Of a stretch of 64,000 nt of DNA, positions 25,146-38,054 are shown one piece after another. Numbering within the stretch: position 1 is the stretch's first letter; each line of letters starts with the position of its first letter. A program made the position numbers and the translations under genes. The notes beneath the pieces are model-generated. The model ran no database searches. It was not told the origin of the DNA and saw only the letters and a list, made by a program, of their open reading frames with translations. Source of the stretch: Octopus sinensis (Eukaryota). The stretch is from positions 106,578,001 to 106,642,000 of the forward strand of contig NC_043003.1 in the NCBI RefSeq assembly GCF_006345805.1. Reading direction: 5' to 3'.

Positions 25146-25378
25146 GGCGGCGAGCTGGCAGAAATGTTAGCACGCCAGGTGAAATGCGTAGCCGTATTTC
25201 GTCTGCTGTTACATTCTGAGTTCAAATTCCGCCGAGGTCAACTTTGCCTTTCATCCTTTCGGGGTCGATAAATTAAGTACCAGTTCACTGGGGTCGATGT
25301 AATCGACTTAATCCGTTTGTCTGTCCTTGTTTGTCCACTCTGTGTTTAGCCCCTTGTGGGTAGTAAAGAAATAGGTAT
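25146..25378 (+). mobile_element. SINE-B
   Basis: Full copy; tatttactgaYataa duplicated on both flanks. Confidence 0.9.
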
Positions 25379-25601
25379 TTACTGATATAAGTTGATGAAG
25401 GATACGCATGCATCCTTCACAGACATATCAGCAAGTAATTTGGTGGAAAAGAATGTTAAAAACTGCAATGTTCTACAAATGAAGTTCCTCCAAACATCAG
25501 GTCAGACACTCCTTATGTTTGCCCTCACCATCAGAAATATAGTGAAGCAATGAGTGACTGGAAACATGAGCCAACAATGTTTGTTGTTCAGATATTGTGA
25601 T

Positions 25602-25903
25602 TTGTTTGTTCCTTCTCGAGCCATGCCTGGCTCATAAGGGCCGATTTCCCGGTTTCCTTGGCGTATAGGTTCCCCACCTGGACGGGACACTGGTCCGTCG
25701 CAGGTGAGCTGCAAGATGCAGGAGGAAAGAGTAAGAGAAAGTTGTGGCGAAAGAGTCAGCAGAAGTTCGCCATTACCTTCTGCCAGAGCCACGTGGAGCT
25801 TAGGTGTTTCGCTCATAAACTCACACACAGCCCAGTCTGGGATTCGAACCCACAATCCCTTGACGCGAGTCTGCTGCTCTAACCACTAGGCCATGTGCCT
25901 CCA
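25602..25903 (-). mobile_element. SINE-C variant with a different 3' tail
   Basis: Same tRNA-like head as 50439; tail ...ccgtccaggtggggaacc...gaaaccggg...aaggaacaaacaa; TSD cagatattgtgat. Confidence 0.88.
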
Positions 25904-26501
25904 CAGATATTGTGATATAAAATAAAGATAGAAGTAAATCAGCAGACAAAAGAGAGGAACTACCAAATACTTTTAACTAGAATTCCAGGAGCCAAGTTAA
26001 TTAGGAATGATCTGTTTCTGACAAAATTCAACTCAGTGAAAATATGTTGTTAGTGTGGAATGGCATATGATGAAGAAATTCTCTCCATGGAGCTTTTTAA
26101 CAGAGCAGAGAAGGCTTATGATGAACTATGCCAGTAACCTGGTTTTGTTCACTTGAAATTCTTTACAAACCAAAAAGAGAACTGAGGCTGGTGCTGACCT
26201 CCATTCCACGGATAAACTACTGGTGTCAAACTAGTTGTGAACTCTGTAAATTTTTAATCATACACAGCTAAACACACATACATATACACATGTGTGCATA
26301 TACTCACACATGTGCGCGCACCACACATACACACACACACATTGGGTTATAGAAATTTATCAGACATGACAGGTTCAGAAGGAACAGAAGATAAGGAATA
26401 TCAGGTTTCTTTGTTGATTATCAGTTTAAGACACACACACACACGCACTCATGCACACACACACACACACAAACTGATGAAGATGGCGAGTTACTTTAAA
26501 G

Positions 26502-26730
26502 CAGTGGTTCAAACAGTTTTCTAACCATGGGCCTCTTTGGTTCCTATTCGAGGCCTAATTGCTTTTTTAAAAAAAAATAATTAAATGTTATTAGAAATTT
26601 GTATTAAAAAATTGTTAAAAATATTTCATGCATTGCAAAAGTATAACCAATATATTACATGTATACAAACTTATAAAATCTTATATGCACCTCACCCAAG
26701 GACAATAAGGACCCTAGTTGAGAACCCCTG
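26502..26730 (-). mobile_element. hAT (Charlie-like) MITE
   Basis: cagtggttcaaac / gttgagaacccctg; flanks ctttaaag/gtttaaac. Confidence 0.7.
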
Positions 26731-26821
26731 GTTTAAACCAAGGCAAGGGTAGCAAAATACTGCCCAAAGCACAGACACAACCCAAAAGCCAATGCAGTAC
26801 AACACAATTTGCCTGATTTAA

Positions 26822-27042
26822 CCCTTTAGCATTTAAACCGGCCATATCCGGCCAAAAGTATTCTGCCTGTTTTATGTTCAAACTGGCCAGATCTGGTCTC
26901 TCACACCAACCCCACAATATCGTTTTAAAAATTAACAGCAACCTCATCAAAATCTCATAGCTACAAGATAATGCATGATTGGTTCAAAACAATGTGGATA
27001 AAAAAGCATTAATTTTGGCAGAATAATATGAACAGTAAAGGG
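26822..27042. mobile_element. piggyBac-like MITE
   Basis: TTAA|ccctttag ... gtaaaggg|TTAA; copies at 40242 and about 50805. Confidence 0.8.
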
Positions 27043-27900
27043 TTAAGAAGCTCTAAAATTAAGAAATGCAGTGTTAATTTAATGACTTTGTTAAACTTAA
27101 TTACCAATCATTCATTGTTGATGTTGGACCAACCAACATAATCATAGCCATCACTACCAACACTGCCACAATCATCTACAATAACATGGCGCCATTCCAG
27201 CTGGTTCCTACTCTTTGATAAAAGCAATCTTTCTACATTTTATATCATTCTCAGAATGCAATAACTAAACTATGTTCTCAAGTCCAGAAGAGACCCCTTG
27301 AGGACAAATACTAGCAACCCCACCTAACTTTAGGATGATTAAGGTGAAAATTAAAATAACTAAATTATCTGAAATTTTTTTCAGTTATCTTTCACTAATT
27401 TAATTGACAGAATGATTTGTGTTGTAGTTTTGCATGGAATATTTTGGAACTTCTTTTTTACCTGTTAGCTACTCAGGAGTAGTAGTTGGTTTATCATGTT
27501 GCCCAGTTTAATGCCACCCTAGTGCTAGGATACAAATTCTGTTTGAAAATGGTCCAAACTCCAATGTATGCTTTGACAGTTTCTACAACTAAAGACTCTT
27601 CCTGATGTTAACTTTTTTACCAAGTAGACCCAGTGCTTTTTTTACCCATGGTGTTAGCACTAGGGAGGTCACTAAGTAACCCTCGACTGAGATGAAGATT
27701 AGAGTTGAGAGAAGTGGCTTTATGTCAGACGAATTTGAGAACTTCTAAAAAAAATTCCATTAAAAAAAGTTGACCCTATTTACTAAGTTTTTAGATACTG
27801 GAGTAAACTTTGAACCTTTGACCTTTATATTGTCAAAGCAAAGGATTGAATCCAATAAAACCAAAAATAACTAAAATTCTTAACACATCCTCTGCCTACC

Positions 27901-27968
27901 TGTGAATATCTACTTAGGTGTGTCTAAAAGGTGTGTCTCTTTTAGACACACCTAAGTAGATATTCACA
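27901..27968. repeat. Perfect 30-bp inverted repeat with 8-nt loop
   Basis: tgtgaatatctacttaggtgtgtctaaaag-gtgtgtct-cttttagacacacctaagtagatattcaca. Confidence 0.95.
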
Positions 27969-28629
27969 CCTGCTTACAAAGTTCTATGTACATAAATAAA
28001 TTCTAAACAATAATATAACCCCAAACTTGATCAATAAAAATTTCTCCAAAACACCTCTCCATAACATTCCACCTTAAAACCCAGTTACAACTCAAACCCA
28101 TATATGCAAGAAAGATTTTAGCTCAAGAGAGTCTGTGTAAAGCCAAGATTAACTTCAATACATCACAGTCCAATGATGGCTTATCTGGCCAAAACTTTGA
28201 AGTTACTATCAGCATGGACAACGGCCATTAAATGATGATGATATATTTAGTGATGTTTATCAGCATAATAATAATAATAATAATTACAGGTAAAACTGCT
28301 GCTTTACAAATGAAGTCCTTTGAGATATTTGATCTGCATTGAATAAAACCTCTTTGTCATCATTCTCACTGTCAGAAATGCAATGAACCAATGCTTGGCT
28401 TGCAGAAAACCCATAACTAATGATGCTTTCACTCACAAATTGCAACATATAATAAATAAACATCTCTGATGCTTTATTTCACTAATCTATAATACCATCT
28501 ATGGGGGTGGGGGGTAGGACATAAAAACCTAACAAATAACGGAATTGGATTAACAGATAATCCATAAACGTGTTGACCAGTGATTCTCCACCCTCCATGA
28601 CACTTTGAATAAGAAGTTAAATGTGTTTA

Positions 28630-28865
28630 TACTCTTTACTCTTTTACTTGTTTCAGTCATTTGACTGTGGCCATGCTGGAGCACTGCCTTTTAGTCGAGC
28701 AAATCGACCCCCAGGACTTATTCTATTGGTCTCTTTCGCCGAGCATCGGTTGTCAAGCGATGTTGGGGGGACAAACACAGACACACAAACATATACACAC
28801 ACACACACACAAACATATACACATACATACATATATATATAACAATGATAAATCTCAGAGCGAGT

Positions 28866-28937
<72 letters not shown>

Positions 28938-28980
28938 CGGGCTTCTTTCAGTTACCGTCTACCAAATCCACTCACAAGAC
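28630..28980 (-). mobile_element. SINE-A lacking head, expanded internal microsatellite
   Basis: Family match. Confidence 0.85.
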
Positions 28981-29842
28981 ATTTGTACTACAGAGCCAGA
29001 GCCGGTTTCAGCCGGGTTGGTAACGAAAGGGTTAGAGGCCTTCTTTATTGGACGAACGCTGTGTGCGTGAGAGAGAAAGGGAGCGAGAGGGGATCAATCA
29101 AATTAAATGATTAACCCAAAACTGTTAAACTCCTCTCTAGAGGGGAAGAAACAGAAAAATGACATCCTTTTGATAACCATCTCCTTTTAAAATGGTGGTA
29201 GTAGAAGTAGTATTAGTAGTGGTGGTAGTGGTGGTGGTGGTGGAAGAGCCCATCAAACATTAGAAATCATACAACACACTAGAATTTAGGCCATTTGCTT
29301 CTTTTTTTTTAAATGTATTTTTTTTTTAATCTTATATTTTTGTTCAGTAAAAAGAAAGGGAAATTCTCAAGTACTACTCACAGACATTTATGTCTGAGTG
29401 ACTGCAATGAGTGTGACTTCCTGTAGAATCAATTTCCAAAACATGAGGCTGCAGCAGTAACAACAACAACAACAACATCATCATCAGCAGCAGCAGTAGT
29501 AGAAGTAGTAGCAACAACAGTGGTAGTTGCAATAGTTGTGAGGTAGGAGGAATAGTAAGAGAAGGGTTTTAGAGACTCCCTGAAGCAGCTGTCGACGTTA
29601 CAGTCAAAATTCCTGGATGTTTGAATAAAGTAAACGGTGGGGGGTCGGGGGGTGGGGTGGAAGGTATGGGAAGGGCTGAGATGGTAAAATACAGAAGCAT
29701 CATATTAACCATGTACAGGAGATCCAGCATCTTAACGCTGAAGGAAACCCTACTGCCATCACTAGTATTTGTCTGCAGGGCCTTCCCCCATCGCCCACCA
29801 CTCAATTCTCAAGTCTACTAGCATCATTTGTAATATATATAT

Positions 29843-31165
29843 ATTCTTTTACTTGTTTCAGTCATTTGACTGCGGCCATGCTGGAGCACCGCCTTTAGTC
29901 GAGCAAATCGACCCCGGGACTTATTCTTTGTAAGCCCAGTACTTATTCTATCCGTCTCTTTTGCCGAACCGCTAAGTTACGGGGACGTAAACACACCAGC
30001 ATCGGTTGTCAAGCAATGCTAGGGGAACAAACACAGACACACAAACACACACATACATACACATATATATATATATATATATATATACAGATATATGACG
30101 GGCTTCTTTCAGTTTCCATCTACCAAATCCACTCACAAGGCATTGGTCGGCCCGGGGCTATAGCAGAAGACACTTGCCCAAGATGCCAGGCAGTGGGACT
30201 GAACCCGGAACCATGTGGTTGGTTAGCAAGCTACTTACCACACAGCCACTCCTGCGCCTATATATATATATTCTTTTACTTGTTTCAGTCATTTGACTGC
30301 GGCCATGCTGGAGCACCACCTTTTAGTTGAGCAAATCGACCCCTAGTCTTTGTAAGGCTAGTACTTATTCTATCCGTCTCTTTTGCCAAACTGCTAAGTT
30401 ACAGGGATGTAAACACACCAGCATCAGTTGTCAAGCAATCTTGGGGGACAAGCGCAGACACACAAACATATACACTCACATTTATATATATATATACACA
30501 TACATATATATATATATACATATATACATGATGGGCTTCTTTCAGTTTCCGTCTTACCAAATCCACTTGACAAGGCTTTGGTCAGCCCAAGGCTTTAGTA
30601 GAAGACACTTGCTCAAGGTACCACGCCATGAGACTGAACCCAGAACCAAGTGGTTCGTAAGCAAGCTACTTACCACACAGCCACTCATATACATATAACT
30701 TTTTTTATTCTTAGTAGGAAATGTTTGAAAAAAGAAGCAAAGAAGGGACTCAAGTGAGAGATTAAGCAATTTCCTCTCCTCTCCCATCTCCATATTTTCT
30801 ATCTTTGATCTTTTACTGGTATCGGTCATTGGACTGTGACCATGCTGGGGCACCACCTTGAAAGGTTAAGTCAAACAAACTGACCTCAGTAATTTTTTCT
30901 TTTTCAAACCTGGCATTCATTCTATCATTCTCTTTTTGTTGAACTGCTAACACAAGTTGTCAAGCAGTGGTGGGCACATACCACAAAGATGCACACAATG
31001 GTGATAATGGGCTTCTTTCAGTTTCCATCTAGCAAATCCACTCACAAAGATTTGGTCAGCCCAAGAATATAGAAGATGCTTACCCAAGGTGCCGGCAGTG
31101 AGACTGAACCCAGAACCACGTGGTTGGGAAGCAAGCTTCTTACCACACTGCCACACCTGCACCTA
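29843..31165 (-). mobile_element. Cluster of three same-orientation SINE-A copies (29843-30260, 30270-30686, 30808-31165)
   Basis: Family match; the first two abut through (TA)n. Confidence 0.88.
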
Positions 31166-31184
31166 GATTTTTTTTTTTCCCCCC

Positions 31185-31375
31185 ATTCTACTAGAGGTAG
31201 AAGAGCTGAAATTTAGAGGGAAGGGGCCCAGTTGATCACATCAAGCCTAGCGCTCAACTGATAATCATTTTATTGAACTTGATAGAATGAAAGGCAGAAC
31301 TGACCTCAGTGGATTTTGAACTCAGAACGTAAGCTAAGTATTCTGTACCACATGTTAACATTCTACAAGCTCGCA
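31185..31375 (-). mobile_element. SINE-B-related copy with alternative tail
   Basis: gaatgaaaggcagaactgacctcagtggattttgaactcagaacgt; tail resembles 59800-59845. Confidence 0.6.
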
Positions 31376-31521
31376 GATTTAATTAAGTAATAGCAAATAC
31401 ATCAATGGCTGATAGAAGAAATTTTTTACATCTTCCAAGTGAACCAATAAAGAAACCTGTGTACTCTCTTGACCTGCAAGAAATAACAGCTAGAAACACT
31501 CTTGAACCTAAAAGACAAACA

Positions 31522-31884
31522 GTAAATTAATAGTTATCGCCATATTAATATGGCAATCTTATAGACATAAGGCTAAAGCTGTCGTTTATTAGCTCCATGA
31601 GGTCATCGCCTTAAGCTAGCTATTTGATACACAAACTGCATCCATTATAACCTTCGAACAAGGGAGGTCAGCCGCTTCACACTGCCAGTCAGACAGCTAC
31701 CGAAACTAGGTAAATAAAACCTTCGAACAGAGACGATCAGTGGCGACACCTGCTGGGTCTGACTACGCTACATTGACAAAGGGCAAATACCCTGAAACAC
31801 GTCTGTAGCTGTCTGACTGGCAGTGTGAAGCGGCTGACCTCCCTTGTTCGAAGGTTATAATGGATACAGTTTGTGTATCAAATA
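31522..31884 (+). mobile_element. PLE-type hammerhead element, family E (inverted tail + sense copy)
   Basis: 31621-31700 is the reverse complement of 31805-31884; the inverted part extends further and matches 5810-5905. Confidence 0.75.
31767..31809 (+). ncRNA. Minimal type I hammerhead ribozyme, U3-A8 variant
   Basis: gctaca TTGACAA aggg caaata ccct GAAA cac GTC tgtagc: perfect 6-bp stem I, 4-bp stem II, GUC triplet (predicted cut after 31803). Confidence 0.72.
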
Positions 31885-31990
31885 AAAGGGAAAGTCAACC
31901 TCGGCAGAATTTGAACTCAGAATGTAAAGCCGGACAAAATGTCGCAAAGCATTTTGCATAGCGTGCTAATGATTCTTCCAGCTCACCACC
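31885..31990 (-). mobile_element. SINE-B 5' part
   Basis: aaagtcaacctcggcagaatttgaactcagaatg...ccagctcaccacc. Confidence 0.75.
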
Positions 31991-32109
31991 TTAATAACGA
32001 CAATGAATATTAACAGAGACACTGTTATAGAAAAGTGAAGCTCAAAAAATTATCAGTGAAGTTCCAGAAAATGTTTATTGCTATTGGAAAAAACTGAAAC
32101 TGGGACAAG

Positions 32110-32566
32110 TGCCCAAGACCTTTGGAGATATGCTGCGCTTGAGAAGACCAGGCAAGCCAAGTGAGACCATAATCATGGCCTATGCCAGTGCAGTATAACC
32201 AGCCCATTTAAGAGTATCCTTCAATCATTGGGCAATAAACTGTGCTTGCAAAGACCTGTTGAGGCAAGTGAAGCCATTGTCATGACCAATGACAGTACCA
32301 CCTGATTGTCACCTGTGCCAGTGTCACATAAAAGGCACCATTCAAGCGTGGTTGATGCCAGTGCTGCCTGACTGGTCCTGTGCTGGTGGTATGTAAAAAG
32401 TACTCACTACACTCTTGGAGTGGTTGGCATTCGGAAGGGCATCCAGCTGTAGAAACTTTGCCAGATTGGATTGGAGCCTGGTGTAGCCTTCTGGCTTGCC
32501 AGCCCTCAGTCAAACCGTCCAACCCATATCAGCATGGAAAGTAGATGTTAAACAATGATGATGATG
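32110..32566 (+). mobile_element. RTE LINE 3' end (ORF end + UTR)
   Basis: QDLWRYAALEKTRQAK* followed by the UTR and (GAT)n. Confidence 0.85.
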
Positions 32567-33612
32567 GGCCAAGTTTCACTAAAACTAAGAAATCTATAAC
32601 TATCATTGATGGTTTTGGTTAATTACAGAGCATCAGAGATTGAAATGTTGATGCAATCAACCAAATTTATATCAGAGGGAATGGATTTATGAGTTTCCAG
32701 TATATAAGGTATTATGGTTACGTTTACACATATTTGGATTATCTAATAATAAAACAAGAATTAAAGAATCATTTATTACTTACAGGACATTTTGTGCATA
32801 CATAATTTAGTTACGTTCCAAGCAGTCTGTGAATCACTATTGACTTTTATTTGACTTTTCCCGCTGAGGTCTATTACGTTCCTTTGATATTGTTCAATTA
32901 TCCGAACAGAGCCAGATTTATGTCTCAACAATCACTTTCACACACTTTGAATGATTCATCGATAACAGTGTCGTTTGAATTAAGAGAAATTTAATGGAGT
33001 CAGTCAAATGTAGGATTCAATGAAATCAAAAAAGAAATATAGTGATTGTCCCTTACAAGATTCAAAAATTATTATTTTCTTTTTTGTCATAAATTTTATC
33101 CACAATGATGATCTGTTTATTAAAGAACATTATTGCACAATTGAAAATAAGATAAAAATATACTGGAATCCGAACTTCAGTAGTCTAAGTTATTGACACC
33201 TGTTTGACATCAGCTTCAGTGAAGTGCTGACGACTGTCACACATTGTAACTCATCAGTTATAGACTTTCCAAAATCATTTTATTCATTCAAAAGTAATAA
33301 ATATGAAAGAATATGAGAATGAACATAAAACTTGGAGAAATGATTTTACTGATATATCTGTAGAAAGAAGCACACGAGAGAGACAAAAAAAAAACAAAGA
33401 AAAAAGTAAATACCTTGCTGTGTTAAAAAAAAAAAAACTATCTCACAGTGATAGTTTAGTTTGTTTCTTTTTTTGATGGGGGTGGGGGCTTTTTTTGTAG
33501 TTGAAATCTTCAATAATAAAAGTACTTTCAAAACCATGCTTTGATAAATATATATATATATATAAAACAATACTGGGAGGATAAGAAACGGAACGAAGCG
33601 AAGAATCGAACG

Positions 33613-33622
33613 ATATATATAT

Positions 33623-33696
<74 letters not shown>
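33613..33696. repeat. (TA)n microsatellite
   Basis: Direct read. Confidence 0.95.
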
Positions 33697-36600
33697 TAAA
33701 TTGGAATTTTAAGAATTTTCTAGATGGTATACATTTTAACATTTGCTTTGTTTTAGAAAAAGTTACATACTCCCAACTAACTGATCAGCTTTCTTCATTG
33801 TCGTAGAGATTGATGTCAAATTAATGTCCAGTTTTATGCTATATTTTGTTGACTCTTTAAGGGAAATAATCTTATTAAGTGACCAATCAATTTTACATAT
33901 TTGAAACTAAATGGGTTGCTTGAAAGATTATACAAATAACCAAATTATTTAGTATAGATTTAAGTGAAACTGACTGCATTCATATTTCTGTTTCACCAAA
34001 GATTGAATCTTTGGACTGTTTTGTGCAATATTTATGGCAAATACACAACGTTAACTCTCAAGAGACTTCCTTTAACAGAAGTTTGGTCTTTTAAGGTAAA
34101 ACAATTTACTTATATTAAAATATGATTACTTTGCTACAGAGGTGTTAACCATCTTAACCATTCCAAATGGAATAACCAAACAAATTAGGAGCCAGCAAAG
34201 CAGCTGCTAAAAATATCAATAATTAATTTGAAAGTTTTAGAGAAGAACAAGACATTTACATATTTTCTCAAAACTAAAGATGAACAACTTGAAATCCACT
34301 TCAAATCAAACCAACTAAGTAGTTAACTTCTTTGGAATAAACTGTTGAAGTTTAGTTGTTTCACAGGAGGATATTTCCTGCTGAGAAACTTGCATCCCTT
34401 TTGTTTCAAATTACAGGTTTTCCATATTATGAGCAAAGAAAACCAGGGCTGGAATGAAACTTTATATTCTCCCCGTTCTGAATACTCCAACATATGCTTC
34501 GCGGCTGCACAATATGGAAAATGTTAAAAATTATGAAGTTTATAAAAGTTAAAGAAAGATTGTAGAGCAAGCGCATTTGCTTTGTAAGACTACAATTCCA
34601 GCTGCAACTACATTGAGTAATTTCCTTCCCAGGAAATTATAGATTGAATAAGTTAAGAAAAAATTGCTGAAGTCATTAAGAAGTTTAGTGTTTAAATCTT
34701 CTGACTAAGTCTTTATAATTGAAATGTCAGATGAAATCTTCATTACTGCCATCGATTGTGGTTTTAACAGGTTTTCCTAATCTGAAACCATTTAGAGGGC
34801 CTTGGGCACAACTTTTGCACAATCTCTACCAATCCAGTTCTTAATCAGTTAATGATACCTTAAAAGGTGGATGGCAGCAACAAATGACTGAAGAATTATC
34901 AGCCGTACGAAAGAAAAACTAAACTGGTGGTGAAATTAAAAACAAAATCACTGCTGGCATTGCTGCCTGTAACAGATTTAGGGTAATCAAAATAACAGGT
35001 TACAACAACACTTTTGAACCTAATCAAAAAGTGAAACTCCAGTTTATTTTTAGATAATTAAATAAACTTCCTGTTTGTAAGAGTTGCTAAGAGCAAACTA
35101 TGAAGTTGTTAAAGTATCCAACCTGCACTTAATCTCAATAAAACTGTATCATCTCTTCCTCCACTCTGTTTATAAGCATAGAGCACTGATTATTAGTAAT
35201 TATCTCTTAATTGAGACAATTATCATTAACAAATGAGGAAATAACTATTTTCATGAGTCTGTTTATCTAAATGAGAGCACATCAAATCTATTTGCTCGCT
35301 ATTTTGGCACAAAACAGTCTCACACAAACCAATTTGAACTGAACCCGGATTGTAGGGGCACAGTGCGACAGCCCGTCTGTGGGGGACACACTGACGGGCA
35401 ATATGTGCATCATCTTAGTCTAGTGATTCCCCAAACCTAGATTCACAATACTGTAATCATCCATTTAGGGCGGTTATAAAATTATTTAGGTTATGACAGT
35501 AAGAGATGCATTCCTAACTATGCCAACAATGCGAAATATGTTATGCAATAATTGATCCCAAAAAAGATTAAAAAAAAAGGGTATCACTTATGTATGAAGT
35601 CACCGTAATTGAGGATTTGAAAGAAGCCCCATAGAACAATACAAAACGAGAGGGGTGGGGTGATTGAAAACACTATTGTATATAATGAAAATCCACATAA
35701 TTAGAAATCTCAATGGTGGTCTATGGCCGTTAACTAGAAACTAGAGAAGCCATAATGGCTTAGCTCGAAGACAAGAAACATTTAATTCTTCAATATTTGT
35801 TAACAGTTAACAGAATGTTTTCATCTTTTTTCATCTTTTTAAAAAAATTTTTTTTTTTATTTTCAGTTGAAAATAACCTATTTATGAATATCAGAAAAAG
35901 AATAATTTCTGAATCATCAATTTGAGATTAGGGCCACTCCAGTAAGGGAGTTTCTAACTCTCCCTTACATCATGATAGAAAAAGAAAAAAAATGCACATT
36001 CCACAATACAGTCTTAGATAGAATAAAATGTTGGGATGGTCACAGTTGGAGCCCTTTTTTTTTTCAGTTACAAGCTGGTTGGGGTTAAACAACTACTACC
36101 TATTGATGAACAAATGAAAGAATGTGTAGGCAGTTGTTCAACCTGCTAAAAATAGTAGGCAAATCACCCTCAAATCACACCCTACTTTTTTGGTCTTTGG
36201 TAATGCTGTCTGAGAAATATGCATGTGGGGTGCATGAGATGGTAACAGGAGGAACGTCTTTGATGAAAGCACACATGATCAGGGATGACCCAGTGGTAGA
36301 AATGAGTGTGTCATCCTCCTCAACAATAACAACAACAACAACCTACTGGATCAAAGGGATACTCAATGACATATTCAACTCCCTCCTTACAAAATTGAAA
36401 ACTGACAAGCATCATGGCGAAGCCCATTTAACACATGAATAAAATCAGTAATATTCCTCAAATTATTTTTACAATTTAATTAAACTAATTAACTAATCCA
36501 CACCAGATACACTACTATCTATTCTGCAGAATGGAAAACCTTGTCTTCTTCTTCAACAGATTTGTTTTGTTTTTGTTTTAAGCAAGTGAATCAGATTTTA

Positions 36601-37634
36601 TTTTTAATTTTAATCTGCTGCAGATTCCCATCCAGGTTTTGCAAAATGATCCAATAAAAACCAAGCATTCCCCGTAACAGATACCATCGACTACTAACAG
36701 AGGTTAAATTTAATCTCTTTTTAGTACTAGCATAGCAATCTCATATATGCAAGGAAGCGGCAGGACATTCCTGCCTGACCAAGCTTAGTCTGCTAAAAGT
36801 TGATTGCTACTTTATGATACATATTTGCAGCCATGACTGTATTCCTGATGGTTGACAGACCATTTCCAATTTGACGTGTTTGACTATCCTGTCAATATCA
36901 CTTATAGAATTACAGTGATTGCAAAAGGAATTAATTTTCACGGTTGTTAAATTTTCAGTTTAGAGCAGACATCAGATGGGTGCAATTTACATTTGAAAGT
37001 ATACAACATATTCTGACAGTGTTAAATAGCTTGTATTTATTAATTAAAAAAACTGAAATAAAATTTTTATTCAAACCAATGTAACTTCATCACCATCGCC
37101 ATCCTCCTCATATTGCAAGTTTTTCCATGCTGTCATGGATTGGATGGGCTGTCACAATCCATATTATCATGCATCACACAGTAAAAGCACAACAGAAGCA
37201 ACATTGGTGCGGCCTGTGTCAAGCTACCGACACTAAAGAGAGGAGTGCCTAATATAAGGACTATTCTTGTTACCCTTCATCAATTCTTGCTTGGAAACAC
37301 TGTCCTAGAATGGTAGTTTGCAAGACAACTTTCAGAATCTACATAACATTTAATTTTGAAAATTAAGAAATATTTTTCATTTTAGATGAAAAAAAAAAAT
37401 TATATTTTTTCTTTTGTTGGATGGTCTTAAGAAAGAAAAATTTATATAATTTAATAATCAAAAAAATAAAGATAGAATTTAATTAAGTGAATAACAACTT
37501 AAAGCAAATAAAATCAAAAACCATCTTGTTTCAAAATTTTTTTATGAACATCATTCTCCTTTCATATTTTAAACCTCTCATCACTTGGCATCAAAGCGTC
37601 CTCCCTCAATACTACATTCCTTTGGTTCTTGTCT

Positions 37635-38010
37635 TGTGAGTTACTTGATGACCTCACTAGTGCTAGTTGCATATCAAAAGCATCTACTACACCAGTGGTT
37701 CCCAACCTGTGGTCTGCAGACCACCAGGAGTCCACAAAGGCAGTACTGGGCAGGGGTGGGGTCTGTAAACGTGTTAAGCTGACAGACCTTTCAATATCCT
37801 GAGGTCCATGAGAAAACTCATTTTAATAAAAAGGGGTCCTTGGCAGGGAAAAGGTTGGGAACCACTACACTGCACTCTGTGGTATGGTTGGCATTAAGAA
37901 GGGCATCCAATCATAGGACCAATACCATGATGCTCGTTTCCATCATCTGGCTCACTAACTCCTGATAAACTGTCCAACCCATGGAAAATGAGTGTTAAAC
38001 AATGATGATG
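37635..38010 (+). mobile_element. Old RTE 3' UTR interrupted by MITE
   Basis: aaaagcatctactacac|MITE|cactgcactctgtggtatggttggcattaagaagggcatcc. Confidence 0.7.
37693..37867. mobile_element. hAT (Charlie-like) MITE
   Basis: cagtggttcccaacct / aggttgggaaccacta; flanks tactacac/cactgcac derive from the host cactacac. Confidence 0.8.
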
Positions 38011-38054
38011 ACAAAGAGAGTGGACTGGTGCACTCATTAAAGCAACTGATAAAA

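Noticed and set aside
25400-26250. Possible decayed DNA-transposon protein (TYQQVIWW...PSPSE) around the SINE-C insertion
   Set aside because: Too fragmentary to assign by eye; needs a frameshift-aware search
29843-30698. Recurrent ORFs such as LLSVSVYQIHSQG...AIAEDTCPRC
   Set aside because: Antisense translations of SINE-A copies, not a protein family
35363-35371. GTGCGACAG resembling a group II intron 5' end
   Set aside because: Only a short match; no domain V/VI or RT found
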